A stretch of 33,405 nt of DNA from contig JBNJDL010000003.1 of assembly GCA_051744825.1 (NCBI GenBank), positions 1 to 33,405 on the forward strand, in the 5' to 3' direction. This DNA comes from Bacillota bacterium (GTDB lineage: Bacteria; Bacillota; Halanaerobiia; Halanaerobiales; DATFIM01). Of the stretch, positions 9,536 through 18,491 are shown piece after piece. Every line of letters begins with the position of its first letter. Position 1 is the first letter of the stretch. The notes beneath the pieces were generated by a model. The model searched no databases. It saw nothing but the letters and a program-made list of their open reading frames with translations, and was not told where the DNA came from. The translations under genes were made by a program, and so were the position numbers.

Positions 9536-10093
9536 ATGATATCTACAAATGATTTTCGTACAGGTATGACAATAGAACTAGATGGAACAGTCTATTCTAT
9601 AGAAGATTTTCAACATTCTAAATCAGGCAGAGGTGGAGCTTTTGTCAGAACTAAATTAAAAAATATGGAAGAAAATTATGTAGTAGAAAAGACATTTAGA
9701 GCAGGTGAAAAAGTCAAAAATGCTCATATTGATGAAAGAGATGTAAAATTCCTTTACTGGGATGGACAAGATTATGTATTTATGGATAATGAAAGTTATG
9801 ATCAAATAACCTTAAGTAAAGAACAATTAGGAGATAAAGTAAATTATTTAAAAGAAAATATGGATTTAAAAATCGCTATGTATGAAGGAAGGGCTATAGA
9901 AGTTAAGTTACCTACTTTTGTTGAGCTAGAAGTTAAAGAAGCTCCTCCAAGTGTAAAGGGAAATACTGTTTCAGGGGGAAGCAAATCAGTTACACTTGAA
10001 ACAGGATTAGAAGTAAAAGTACCTTTATTTATAAGTGAAGGAGAAGTTATAAAAGTAGATACTAGAAATAATGAGTATGTAGAGCGAGTATAA
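9536..10093 (+). CDS. efp: Translation elongation factor P (Arg32 type)
   Basis: [10 protein letters not shown] start, [33 protein letters not shown]; 185 aa from ATG 9536. Confidence 0.96.
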   Translation: MISTNDFRTGMTIELDGTVYSIEDFQHSKSGRGGAFVRTKLKNMEENYVVEKTFRAGEKVKNAHIDERDVKFLYWDGQDYVFMDNESYDQITLSKEQLGDKVNYLKENMDLKIAMYEGRAIEVKLPTFVELEVKEAPPSVKGNTVSGGSKSVTLETGLEVKVPLFISEGEVIKVDTRNNEYVERV

Positions 10094-10104
10094 GGAGTGA
10101 TTTA

Positions 10105-11229
10105 ATGGATTATTTTGTAATTGGTTCAGGAGTTGCAGGTATATCTGCAGTTAAGGAAATATTAAAGAAAAAAAGTAGTGGAGATAATATTACTATTATA
10201 AGTGATGAAAAATATCCCTTTTATTATAGACCAAGGTTAATTGAGTATTTATCTGGAGAAGTTGATATAGAAGACATAATTATTAATGATAAAAATTGGT
10301 TTAAAGAAAATGATATAGACTTGCATTTAAATGAAAAAGTAAAAGAAATTTTAACTGATGAAAAAAAGATTGTAAGTGAAAAAAATGAATATAATTATGA
10401 CAAATTATTACTAGCTAATGGTGCTCATCCTTTTGTTCCACCTATTACTGGAGTAGACTCCAAAAATGTTTTCACTTTACGAAAAGCTGTTGATGCTAAA
10501 AAAATTTATAATTGTGCCTGTGATAATAAAAAAGCAGTAGTTGTAGGTGGTGGTTTATTAGGCTTAGAATCAGCCTATAATCTTGCAAGATTAGGTCTTG
10601 AAGTAGTCGTTTTAGAAAGGGGTTCACATCTTTTACAAAGACAACTAGATGAAAAAGGCGCTGAAATTTTACAAAACAACCTTGAAAAAAAGGGGTTAGA
10701 ATTTAAACTTAATGCTAGTACTTCTAAAATTATTGAAAATAAAAACTTATTAACTGTAATTCTTGAAGATGGAAGAAAAATTACAACTGATTTAATTCTT
10801 TTATCTACTGGAGTTAGATCAAATATAGATCTTTTCAAAAATACTCCTATTAAAGTTAATAAGGGAGTAATAGTTAACGAAAAGATGGAAACTAATATAA
10901 AAGATATTTATGCAGCAGGAGATGTTGCTGAGTATAATGGTCGAGTTTATGGAATTTGGCCTCCCTCAATGAAGGAGGGGCAAATAGCTGGTAAAAATAT
11001 TTCAGGAGTTAAAAGTAAATTTGATGGTTTTGTAAGTTCTTATAGTTTAAAAGTAGCAGATATTTCAGTTGTATCAAAGGGTATGATCAAAAGTGAAGGT
11101 AATGAAGTAGAAATAAAAAAGAGCAATAATAAGTATAAAAAACTTGTTTATAATGAAGATAAACTTATTGGAGCAATTTTAATTGGAGATATTAAAGATA
11201 AAAATAAAATTATTTCTAAAGTTAAATAA
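10105..11229 (+). CDS. NAD(P)/FAD-dependent oxidoreductase (NADH:rubredoxin oxidoreductase / NasB N-terminal-like)
   Basis: GSGVAG and GGGLLG Rossmann motifs, YYRPRL, IYAAGDVAE; no Fe-S or siroheme domain. Confidence 0.85.
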   Translation: MDYFVIGSGVAGISAVKEILKKKSSGDNITIISDEKYPFYYRPRLIEYLSGEVDIEDIIINDKNWFKENDIDLHLNEKVKEILTDEKKIVSEKNEYNYDKLLLANGAHPFVPPITGVDSKNVFTLRKAVDAKKIYNCACDNKKAVVVGGGLLGLESAYNLARLGLEVVVLERGSHLLQRQLDEKGAEILQNNLEKKGLEFKLNASTSKIIENKNLLTVILEDGRKITTDLILLSTGVRSNIDLFKNTPIKVNKGVIVNEKMETNIKDIYAAGDVAEYNGRVYGIWPPSMKEGQIAGKNISGVKSKFDGFVSSYSLKVADISVVSKGMIKSEGNEVEIKKSNNKYKKLVYNEDKLIGAILIGDIKDKNKIISKVK

Positions 11230-11253
11230 TACAAAAATAAAATAATATTTATT

Positions 11254-11282
11254 AAAGGAGGCAGGGAAACCTGCCTCCTTTT
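11254..11282. terminator. Bidirectional intrinsic terminator
   Basis: AAAGGAGGCAGG-GAAA-CCTGCCTCCTTT perfect 12-bp stem between convergent genes. Confidence 0.9.
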
Positions 11283-11297
11283 ACATTTTGGAGGTGA

Positions 11298-11477
11298 TTA
11301 GCTAGAGTTTTTGACACTAGGTCTTTGACTATCTAATAAACCTAAAACAACGTGAGCAGCTCCAAAACCTAGTATTCCAGCACCCCAGAGATTTGGTAAT
11401 AAACTCCATCCTACTGCCGAAACTGCTACACCTAATCCAGTTACAGAATAACTGGTAGTTTTTGCTTTTCTCTCCAT
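11298..11477 (-). CDS. Small (59 aa) two-helix membrane protein with a GFGxAHVVLG motif
   Basis: SD GGAGGTG (11483-11489, minus strand) precedes ATG 11477; Gly-rich hydrophobic segments; ends at the shared terminator. The tracked 83-aa start is probably too long. Confidence 0.8.
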   Translation of the reverse strand: MERKAKTTSYSVTGLGVAVSAVGWSLLPNLWGAGILGFGAAHVVLGLLDSQRPSVKNSS

Positions 11478-11545
11478 AGAAACACCTCCACTAGTAGTTT
11501 TTTCATAAATGCTTTTTTTTATGTAAGAAAAAGAAATTAATTTAT

Positions 11546-11574
11546 GCATAGTTTAGAAGATATTTTAATAATAT
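11546..11574 (+). promoter_or_regulatory. Possible sigma-E promoter of the spoIIIA operon
   Basis: GCATAGT-N14-AATAATAT partly matches the sigma-E consensus at the expected place. Weak evidence in AT-rich DNA. Confidence 0.3.
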
Positions 11575-11613
11575 TATTATAAGTGGACAAACATTTACTA
11601 TTGAGGTGAAACT

Positions 11614-12555
11614 ATGAATAAAGATATATTAGCTTATTTACCTGATTTAATAAAAAAAGAGTTATTAAAATTTTCTTTTAAAAATAAAGAAAAGATAATA
11701 GAGTTAAGGTTAAGAGTAAATCAGCCTTTAGAAATAGTAACAACTAAAAATTACTATTTTTTAAAAAATAAAAAAAACAAGAATTATATTATAAATAAAA
11801 ATTTAATAAAAAAAACTTTTAATATTTTAACTGAAAATTCTTTATATGCAATGGAACGAGAATTAAAAGAAGGATTCATTACTGTAAATGGAGGACACCG
11901 AGTTGGATTTACTGGTGAAGTAGTACTAAGAAATAATAAAATTGTGAGTATTAAAAATATTAATAGTATTAATTTTAGAATAGCACATCAAATTATAGGA
12001 GTTGCAGATAAATTAATAGATTATTTATATAATAAAGAATTAGATTTTTATTATAATACATTAATTATTGGACCACCTTTGTCTGGAAAAACAACTTTAT
12101 TAAGAGATTTAATAAGGATTTGTAGTACTGGGATAATGAAAAAAAATATTAGGAGTTTCAAAGTTTCTGTCATTGATGAAAGGTCTGAAATAGGTGGTAG
12201 TTATAAAGGAATTCCACAAAATAATTTAGGTAAAAGAACTGATCTTTTAGATAATTGTCCAAAAAGTCAAGGAATTTTAATGTTAATTAGAACAATGTCA
12301 CCAGAAATTATAGCGATTGATGAAATTGGGGGTGATAATGATATAAATGCCATCATTAGAGCGTTAAATTCTGGAGTAATATTATTAGCTACAATTCATG
12401 GTTATAATTATCAATCTGTATTTAATAAGAAAGTATTTAATAAGTTAAAAGAATTGAATTTATTCAAAAGAATAGTAATTTTAAGTTCTAAGAAATTAGG
12501 AAAAGTAAAAAGTATTGTAGATGAAAAGGGAGGAAGGCTTATTTGCAGTCTTTAA
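11614..12555 (+). CDS. spoIIIAA: Stage III sporulation protein AA (ATPase)
   Basis: ELRLRVNQP, GFITVNGGHRVG, GPPLSGKTTLLRD, IDERSEI, DEIG, ATIHG. Confidence 0.96.
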   Translation: MNKDILAYLPDLIKKELLKFSFKNKEKIIELRLRVNQPLEIVTTKNYYFLKNKKNKNYIINKNLIKKTFNILTENSLYAMERELKEGFITVNGGHRVGFTGEVVLRNNKIVSIKNINSINFRIAHQIIGVADKLIDYLYNKELDFYYNTLIIGPPLSGKTTLLRDLIRICSTGIMKKNIRSFKVSVIDERSEIGGSYKGIPQNNLGKRTDLLDNCPKSQGILMLIRTMSPEIIAIDEIGGDNDINAIIRALNSGVILLATIHGYNYQSVFNKKVFNKLKELNLFKRIVILSSKKLGKVKSIVDEKGGRLICSL

Positions 12556-13070
12556 TTAAAGATTTTGGTATTATATTAATTCTTTTTTCTGGAAGTATAG
12601 GTGGATGGATCCTTTCTAATACTTATTTAAAAAGGGTTAGAGATCTAAAAAATATAAAAATAGCTATAAATATAATAGATAATGAGATTATTAGCAAAAA
12701 CAAAAGATTAATTGATGCTCTAGAATTTGCTTCGAAAAATACTAACAAAGGAGTAAAGGTAATTTTTTTAGATTTGATTGATAAATATTATAAAGAACCT
12801 GAAAAAGATTTTTATGAATTATGGCTTGAAGTAATAAAAAGTAATAAAAAATATCATTATTTTAAAGAAAAAGATTTATTAATAATAAATGAGTGGGTAG
12901 CCCAAATTGGAAGAATACCACTGGAAAAACAAATTAAAATTAATAATATTTGTATTAAAGAATTAAATAAAATAATTGTTGAGGGAAAAAAAGAGGCCAG
13001 TAAAAAGGTGAAGATTATCCGTTATTTTGGAGTTTTACTTGCTTTTTTAATTATAATTATATTTTATTAA
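12543..13070 (+). CDS. spoIIIAB: Stage III sporulation protein AB
   Basis: N- and C-terminal TM helices, 175 aa, operon position. Confidence 0.85.
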   Translation: MQSLIKDFGIILILFSGSIGGWILSNTYLKRVRDLKNIKIAINIIDNEIISKNKRLIDALEFASKNTNKGVKVIFLDLIDKYYKEPEKDFYELWLEVIKSNKKYHYFKEKDLLIINEWVAQIGRIPLEKQIKINNICIKELNKIIVEGKKEASKKVKIIRYFGVLLAFLIIIIFY

Positions 13071-13097
13071 TTAATAAAATATAATGGGGGGGATTTT

Positions 13098-13292
13098 ATG
13101 GATATAGATTTAATATTTAAAATTGCTGGTATTGCTATTTTTATATCAATAATAAACATCGTTTTAAAACAAGCTGATAAAGAAGAACAGGCTCAAATGT
13201 TAACCTTAGTCGGAGTAATTATAGTTTTAATGGTAGTAATTAGATTAATTAATGAATTATTTAATAATGTTCGAAGTGTTTTTCGTTTTTAA
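13098..13292 (+). CDS. spoIIIAC: Stage III sporulation protein AC
   Basis: MDIDLIFKIAGI...VLKQA...LFNNVRSVF, 64 aa. Confidence 0.95.
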   Translation: MDIDLIFKIAGIAIFISIINIVLKQADKEEQAQMLTLVGVIIVLMVVIRLINELFNNVRSVFRF

Positions 13293-13304
13293 AATTGAGG
13301 TGAA

Positions 13305-13694
13305 ATGATGTTTATTTTTAAAATAATAGCTATAGTAATTATCACCACTTTAATTGTTTTAATTTTAAAAGAAGAAAAAAAAGAATTTGCATATTTATTA
13401 ACTTTAGTAGTAAGTTTAATAATTATGATTTTTTTATTCCAACAAATTAAAGTAGTTATAAATATATTAGAAAGAATAATTGATAGTTCTAACCTTCAAT
13501 TTTTGTATTTTGATGAGATTTTAAGAATTATTGGAATAGCTTATATAGGAGAATTTGGAGCTGAAATAACTAAAGATGCTGGAGAAATTACTTTAGCTAA
13601 AAAAATTGAATTTGCTACTAAATTAGTTATAATGATTATTATTTTACCTATTTTGATTAATATTTTAGAAATAATACTTACAATGATTCCTTAA
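13305..13694 (+). CDS. spoIIIAD: Stage III sporulation protein AD
   Basis: IIGIAYIGEFGAEITKDAGE...KIE motif. Confidence 0.95.
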   Translation: MMFIFKIIAIVIITTLIVLILKEEKKEFAYLLTLVVSLIIMIFLFQQIKVVINILERIIDSSNLQFLYFDEILRIIGIAYIGEFGAEITKDAGEITLAKKIEFATKLVIMIIILPILINILEIILTMIP

Positions 13695-13718
13695 GTATTT
13701 ATATAAAGTGGTGGTAAT

Positions 13719-14918
13719 ATGAAAATCAATTTTATGACCAAGATTTTTTTATTAATTCTTTTTTTACTTATGATTTTTACTATAAATATAAGTGCAAAAG
13801 AAAATGATTTTATAAATGAATTTTCTAAGGATGAATTTATTAATTCAAAATTAGGAGAATTACAATTAAATGATTTAGATAAGGTATTAAAAGATATTAA
13901 AACTAAAAACGATAATCCATTTATAAATATAAATGCTCGAGATTTAATTTTGTCTTTAATTAAGGGTGAGCAAGAAATAAGTTTAAAAGATTTTAAAAAT
14001 AGTATTTTTTTAATTTTAGGAAGAGAAATATCAATAAATATTCATTTATTAGGTCAAATAATTATATTAGCAGTATTAAGCTCTGTAATAAAAATTTTTA
14101 GTGAAAACTTTTCTAGTAAAACTATAAGTGAAGGAGTAGAAATATTAATATTTTTTGTCTTATCACTTATTTTATTAGAATCTTTTCAAACTGCAATAAA
14201 AATAGCTGTAAATACTGTAGATCAAATAGTAACTTTTATGCAAGCTATTCTTCCAATTTTATTAGCTTTATTAATAAGTATGGGTGGCTTTGTTTCAGCG
14301 GCTTTTTTTAAACCTTTTACCTATTTATTACTTTCATTTTACTCTACCACAATTAAAAATTTAGTTTTGCCTCTAATTTTTATTTCTTCTATTTTGTATA
14401 TAGCTGATAATATAAATAATAAAATAAATATATCTAATTTCGCAAAATTTTTTCGTGAAATTGCTTATATAATTATTGCTCTTATTTTAATAACTACTAT
14501 AGGAATTTTTGTAATTCGTGGTGGTACTACAGCCATTGCAGATAGTCTTTCTTTGAGAACAGCTAAATACTTGACAGGAACCTTTATTCCAGTAGTAGGA
14601 GGATTTTTTGCAGATGCAGCTGATCTTATTTTAAGTTGCTCTTTAATAATTAAAAATTCTTTAAATATTTTTGCTGTAATCATTGTAATCTTTATTTCTC
14701 TTTATCCAATTTTAAAAATAGCTGTTTTAATTATAATTTACAAAATTGCAATTATAATAATTCAACCTATTGCGGCTAATAGATTAATTAATATTATGGA
14801 GGCAATAAAAAATAATTTAATTTCTATATTTGTTGTTATTTTAACTACTTCTTTTATATTTTTTATATGTATTGCAATTATAGCTGGAACTGCTAATTTG
14901 ACCGTTATGATGAGGTGA
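13719..14918 (+). CDS. spoIIIAE: Stage III sporulation protein AE
   Basis: Polytopic membrane protein with 'RTAKYLTGTFIPVVGGFFADA' and a C-terminal MMR. Confidence 0.94.
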   Translation: MKINFMTKIFLLILFLLMIFTINISAKENDFINEFSKDEFINSKLGELQLNDLDKVLKDIKTKNDNPFININARDLILSLIKGEQEISLKDFKNSIFLILGREISINIHLLGQIIILAVLSSVIKIFSENFSSKTISEGVEILIFFVLSLILLESFQTAIKIAVNTVDQIVTFMQAILPILLALLISMGGFVSAAFFKPFTYLLLSFYSTTIKNLVLPLIFISSILYIADNINNKINISNFAKFFREIAYIIIALILITTIGIFVIRGGTTAIADSLSLRTAKYLTGTFIPVVGGFFADAADLILSCSLIIKNSLNIFAVIIVIFISLYPILKIAVLIIIYKIAIIIIQPIAANRLINIMEAIKNNLISIFVVILTTSFIFFICIAIIAGTANLTVMMR

Positions 14919-14923
14919 AAATA

Positions 14924-15454
14924 ATGGATTATCTAAGAAATTGGCTTAGAGAGTTGATAATAGTTTTTTTTATTGCAAGTGTATTAGATTTATTTTTACC
15001 AGAAGGAAATATAAAAAAATATTTAAGAATAGTTCTTTCATTTTTTATTATCTTATTAATTTTAACACCTATACAGGATATAATTAAATTTAATTTGAGA
15101 AATTATGAAAGTATTTTTAATAAAAATCAATTTTTATTAACTGAAGACCTTTGGGATGAAAATATTGAATTAAAAGGGGAGAATGTCTATCTTTCAAATA
15201 TTAATTTACTAAAAAATTACTATAAAAGTGAAATAGAGAAAAATATTATTTCAGTTTTAAATTCTTATAATATAAAAAATTTTAATAAAATATCTATTAA
15301 TACTGATAATGAATTAAAAATAATTAAAATAACTATATTTTTTAATCATAATAAAAATGATTTAAATTCAAAGATTTATAGTTTGAAAAATAAGATTGCA
15401 CAAAAATTAAAAATTACTAATGAAAAAATAGAATTTTCATTTAGGGAGGAATGA
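14924..15454 (+). CDS. spoIIIAF: Stage III sporulation protein AF
   Basis: 'W...LFLPEGNIKKYLRIV...ILTPI'. Start moved to ATG 14924 after SD GAGGTG. Confidence 0.9.
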   Translation: MDYLRNWLRELIIVFFIASVLDLFLPEGNIKKYLRIVLSFFIILLILTPIQDIIKFNLRNYESIFNKNQFLLTEDLWDENIELKGENVYLSNINLLKNYYKSEIEKNIISVLNSYNIKNFNKISINTDNELKIIKITIFFNHNKNDLNSKIYSLKNKIAQKLKITNEKIEFSFREE

Positions 15455-16047
15455 CTTTGAGCATTATAAATAAGATTAAAGAAATTTTTCAATCAGAGAA
15501 AAAAGAAAAAAAAATAATAAGTTATTTAATTATTTTATCTTTATTAGGAATATTATTAATGAGTTTTAATTTTAAAGAAAATAATATAAACATTGAAAAT
15601 AAAGAGGAAAGGGTAGGTGAGAATATGAATTTTAACTCAGAAAATTCTTATATTGATAAATTAGAAAATGATTTAGAAGATCTTTTAAGAGTAATGAAAG
15701 GAGTAGGAAAGGTAAAAGTTAAGATAATACTTGCTAAAGATTCTGCATATGAATATAAATATAATACAAATAACTATGATAAAAAAACAGTGGAAAAAGA
15801 TAATGATGGAAAAGAAAGAGAAATAATAGAAAATGAAATTGAAAAAGAAGCTGTTATTATTAGAAATTTAGATGGTAGTGAAGAAATAGTCAAAGAAAGA
15901 ACTACAATGCCAACAATAAAAGGAGTAATAATTGTAGCAGAGGGGGCTGAAGATTATCAAATAAATTATAAAATTAATAAGGCTGTAAGTAATTTTTTTA
16001 ATATTCCCCTATATAAGGTTAATGTTTTAACTCTAGAAGGACGGTGA
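15451..16047 (+). CDS. spoIIIAG: Stage III sporulation protein AG
   Basis: 'LEDLLRVMKGVGKVKV' and 'PTIKGVIIVAEGA'. Start may be TTG 15457. Confidence 0.93.
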   Translation: MTLSIINKIKEIFQSEKKEKKIISYLIILSLLGILLMSFNFKENNINIENKEERVGENMNFNSENSYIDKLENDLEDLLRVMKGVGKVKVKIILAKDSAYEYKYNTNNYDKKTVEKDNDGKEREIIENEIEKEAVIIRNLDGSEEIVKERTTMPTIKGVIIVAEGAEDYQINYKINKAVSNFFNIPLYKVNVLTLEGR

Positions 16048-16051
16048 AAAA

Positions 16052-16609
16052 ATGTATAGAAAAAAAATGATTTGGTTAGTAATTTTGATGGTGTGGGTAG
16101 GTATGGTAACTTCATTGCTATTATATCAAGATGAATATGATTATTTTTCTAAAGGAGTGAATTCAGATAATATTGAGATAATTGAGTATACTAAAAATCT
16201 TGAGGAAAATATCAATCAAGATGAAGTAAATTATACTGAAAGTACTGAAAGTAATGATCAAAATTTTTTTATTAGGTATCGTTTAGAAAGAGATAAGGCC
16301 AGAAGTGAACAATTAGACATCTATAGAGAGATGATAAATAATCCTAATACAGATAAAATAACAAAACAAGAAGCACAAAATAAAATGCTAGAATTAACAA
16401 AAAGAATGGAAAAAGAAATGGAAATAGAGAGTTTAGTAAGAGCTAGGGGTTATAAAGATGCTTTAGCATATATTCATGATGAAGCGGTAGATATTATTGT
16501 TCAGTCTACTGGCCTAAAAAGAAATGATGTAGCTATAATTGGAGATATTGTTGTAAAAAGTACAGGATTTAGTTCAGAAGATGTAACTATTATTGAAAAG
16601 AATGAATAA
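16052..16609 (+). CDS. spoIIIAH: Stage III sporulation protein AH
   Basis: TM anchor, 'FFIRYRLERDKARS', 'EMEIESLVRARGYKDAL'. Confidence 0.92.
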   Translation: MYRKKMIWLVILMVWVGMVTSLLLYQDEYDYFSKGVNSDNIEIIEYTKNLEENINQDEVNYTESTESNDQNFFIRYRLERDKARSEQLDIYREMINNPNTDKITKQEAQNKMLELTKRMEKEMEIESLVRARGYKDALAYIHDEAVDIIVQSTGLKRNDVAIIGDIVVKSTGFSSEDVTIIEKNE

Positions 16610-16771
16610 TTTTTAAAATTATAATTTACTTATAAAATAAAATTTTACGAAATAGAAAAATTATGATAAAGTAAGTATATAGTATTTGGACAAGTTAAGT
16701 TATTTAATTTAGTAATTTTAAAAATGATTATTTTATGATAAAATAAGAGTAGAACAAAGGAGGAGTTTTTT

Positions 16772-17155
16772 ATGTCAAATAAAGATAAAAGCCAAAATGA
16801 ATTGGGCACTGTTAAAATAGCTAATGAAGTTGTTGCAATCATAGCAGGTTTATCTGCCACAGAGGTTGAGGGAGTTGCTGGTATGAGTGGTGGAATAGTT
16901 GGTGGTATAGCAGATATGCTTGGTAGAAAAAATTTATCTAAAGGAGTTAAAGTGGAAGTAGGAGAGTCAGAATGCTCTGTAGATATTTATGTAATAGTAG
17001 AATATGGATCAGCTATTCCAGATGTAGCCTGGAATATACAGGATAATGTAAGACAGGCAATTGAAAGTATGACTGGATTAGAAGTTTCAGAAATAAATGT
17101 ACATGTACAAGGAGTACATTTTGGTGATGAAGAAGAAAATGAAGAAGAAGAATAA
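16772..17155 (+). CDS. yqhY: Asp23/Gls24 family protein (YqhY-like)
   Basis: GTVKIANEVVAIIAG, KNLSKGVKVEVG, ESMTGLEV..INVHVQGV. Confidence 0.93.
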   Translation: MSNKDKSQNELGTVKIANEVVAIIAGLSATEVEGVAGMSGGIVGGIADMLGRKNLSKGVKVEVGESECSVDIYVIVEYGSAIPDVAWNIQDNVRQAIESMTGLEVSEINVHVQGVHFGDEEENEEEE

Positions 17156-17188
17156 ATTTTAAAAATATATAAATTAGGGGGTTAGAAT

Positions 17189-17728
17189 ATGAAATTAGCA
17201 TATAGAGTATTAATTTTTATAATGACCATAATTTTTATGTTTGTAAGTATTGTTTTATCTTTTTATGCTTTTGGATTAGCAGAAAAGGAATTTTTAACAG
17301 GATTTTTTGAAGAAATATATATGCAATGGGAATATGGTTTATTATTTTTAATTATTTTCTTTGCTGCAGCCAGCATTATATATCCCTTCTTTAGTGATAA
17401 TAGAAATCATAAAAAAACTCTTGTTAGTAGTTCTGAATTAGGAGATATTAATATAACTTTAAAGGCCATAGATAATTTAATAAAAAATGTTGTAGTAGAT
17501 AGAGAAGGAATTACTGATATTAAAACTGAACTTAATAGTGTAGAATCAGGATTAAATATTAATCTTTCTTTAAAAGTTTTTTCAAATTATTCACTCCCTA
17601 ATTTAACAGATGATTTACAAAATGAAATAAAAAAATACTTAGAAGATAGAGCAGGTATTGAAGTCAATAAAATAAGTATTTTAATTGATGAAGTCAAAAA
17701 TAATGAAATCAAAGAGATTGATAAATAG
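17189..17728 (+). CDS. amaP: Alkaline shock response membrane anchor AmaP
   Basis: Two TM helices plus an Asp23-like domain ('ELGDINITLKAI'); conserved position between asp23 and DUF2273. Confidence 0.82.
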   Translation: MKLAYRVLIFIMTIIFMFVSIVLSFYAFGLAEKEFLTGFFEEIYMQWEYGLLFLIIFFAAASIIYPFFSDNRNHKKTLVSSSELGDINITLKAIDNLIKNVVVDREGITDIKTELNSVESGLNINLSLKVFSNYSLPNLTDDLQNEIKKYLEDRAGIEVNKISILIDEVKNNEIKEIDK

Positions 17729-17738
17729 AGGTGGTATT

Positions 17739-17975
17739 ATGGAAAAAAATAGTCTCTATGAAGAAATTCTAGAAAGTTTTAAAAATAATAAAGGGAAATT
17801 TTTAGGTGCTCTTTTAGGTCTATTAGCTGGAGTTTTATTTTTAATTATTGGTTTTTTCAAAACTTTATTGTTAATATTATGTACAGTTCTAGGACTATAC
17901 CTAGGTTCAAGTTGGGATATAGAAGGAGATATAAGAAAAATAATTGATAAAATATTGCCACCAAAATTTCGATAA
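17739..17975 (+). CDS. DUF2273 family small membrane protein
   Basis: 'GKFLGALLGL...GFFKTL...GLYLG'. Start moved to ATG 17739 after GAGGTGG. Confidence 0.85.
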   Translation: MEKNSLYEEILESFKNNKGKFLGALLGLLAGVLFLIIGFFKTLLLILCTVLGLYLGSSWDIEGDIRKIIDKILPPKFR

Positions 17976-17992
17976 AGGAGATGTAAAAATTA

Positions 17993-18394
17993 ATGTCAAA
18001 AAATACACGCCATCAAAATAGAATCTGGGCACTAGAAGTATTATATAGTATTGATCTTAAAAATAATTTTGATAGTAAAAATGCTAATATAGAATGTGAA
18101 AATATAATAATGAGAAACAATTTATTAGAAGATAATTATTATTTTAAAAAATTAGTTTTAGGTGTAATTGAAAAAAAAGAAGATTTAGACGAATATATAA
18201 ATAATAAAGCAATTGATTGGGATATTCAAAGAATGGCCGTTATAGATAGGAATATTCTTAGAATAGCACTATATGAAATAGAAGCAGAATTAGTTCCAGT
18301 TGGAGTTGCTATAGATGAAGCAGTTGAATTAGCTAAAGAATATGGAGATGATAAATCTTCCAGCTTTATAAATGGAATTTTATCCAGGACTTGA
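17993..18394 (+). CDS. nusB: Transcription antitermination factor NusB
   Basis: 'WDIQRMAVIDRNILRIALYE', 'VAIDEAVELAKEYG', 'FINGIL'. Confidence 0.96.
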   Translation: MSKNTRHQNRIWALEVLYSIDLKNNFDSKNANIECENIIMRNNLLEDNYYFKKLVLGVIEKKEDLDEYINNKAIDWDIQRMAVIDRNILRIALYEIEAELVPVGVAIDEAVELAKEYGDDKSSSFINGILSRT

Positions 18395-18419
18395 TTTTTT
18401 TTAAAATATGTATTAAACT
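18391..18419 (+). promoter_or_regulatory. Possible sigma-A promoter for the zinc-finger ORF
   Basis: TTGATT (18391-18396)-N17-TAAACT (18414-18419). Confidence 0.4.
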
Positions 18420-18434
18420 ATTTATAACAAAGAA

Positions 18435-18450
18435 AGTGATAGTTTTCACA
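18435..18450. promoter_or_regulatory. CRP/Rex-like inverted repeat
   Basis: AGTGA-N6-TCACA, a 9/10 match to TGTGA-N6-TCACA, between the candidate promoter and the SD. Confidence 0.35.
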
Positions 18451-18491
18451 TTAATAAAATTAGTAATTTATAAAATATTAGGAGGGATATA

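Noticed and set aside
16610-16771. accB-accC missing between spoIIIAH and yqhY; candidate promoters in the gap
   Set aside because: Absence here is common outside Bacilli. The gap is too AT-rich to pick one promoter reliably.
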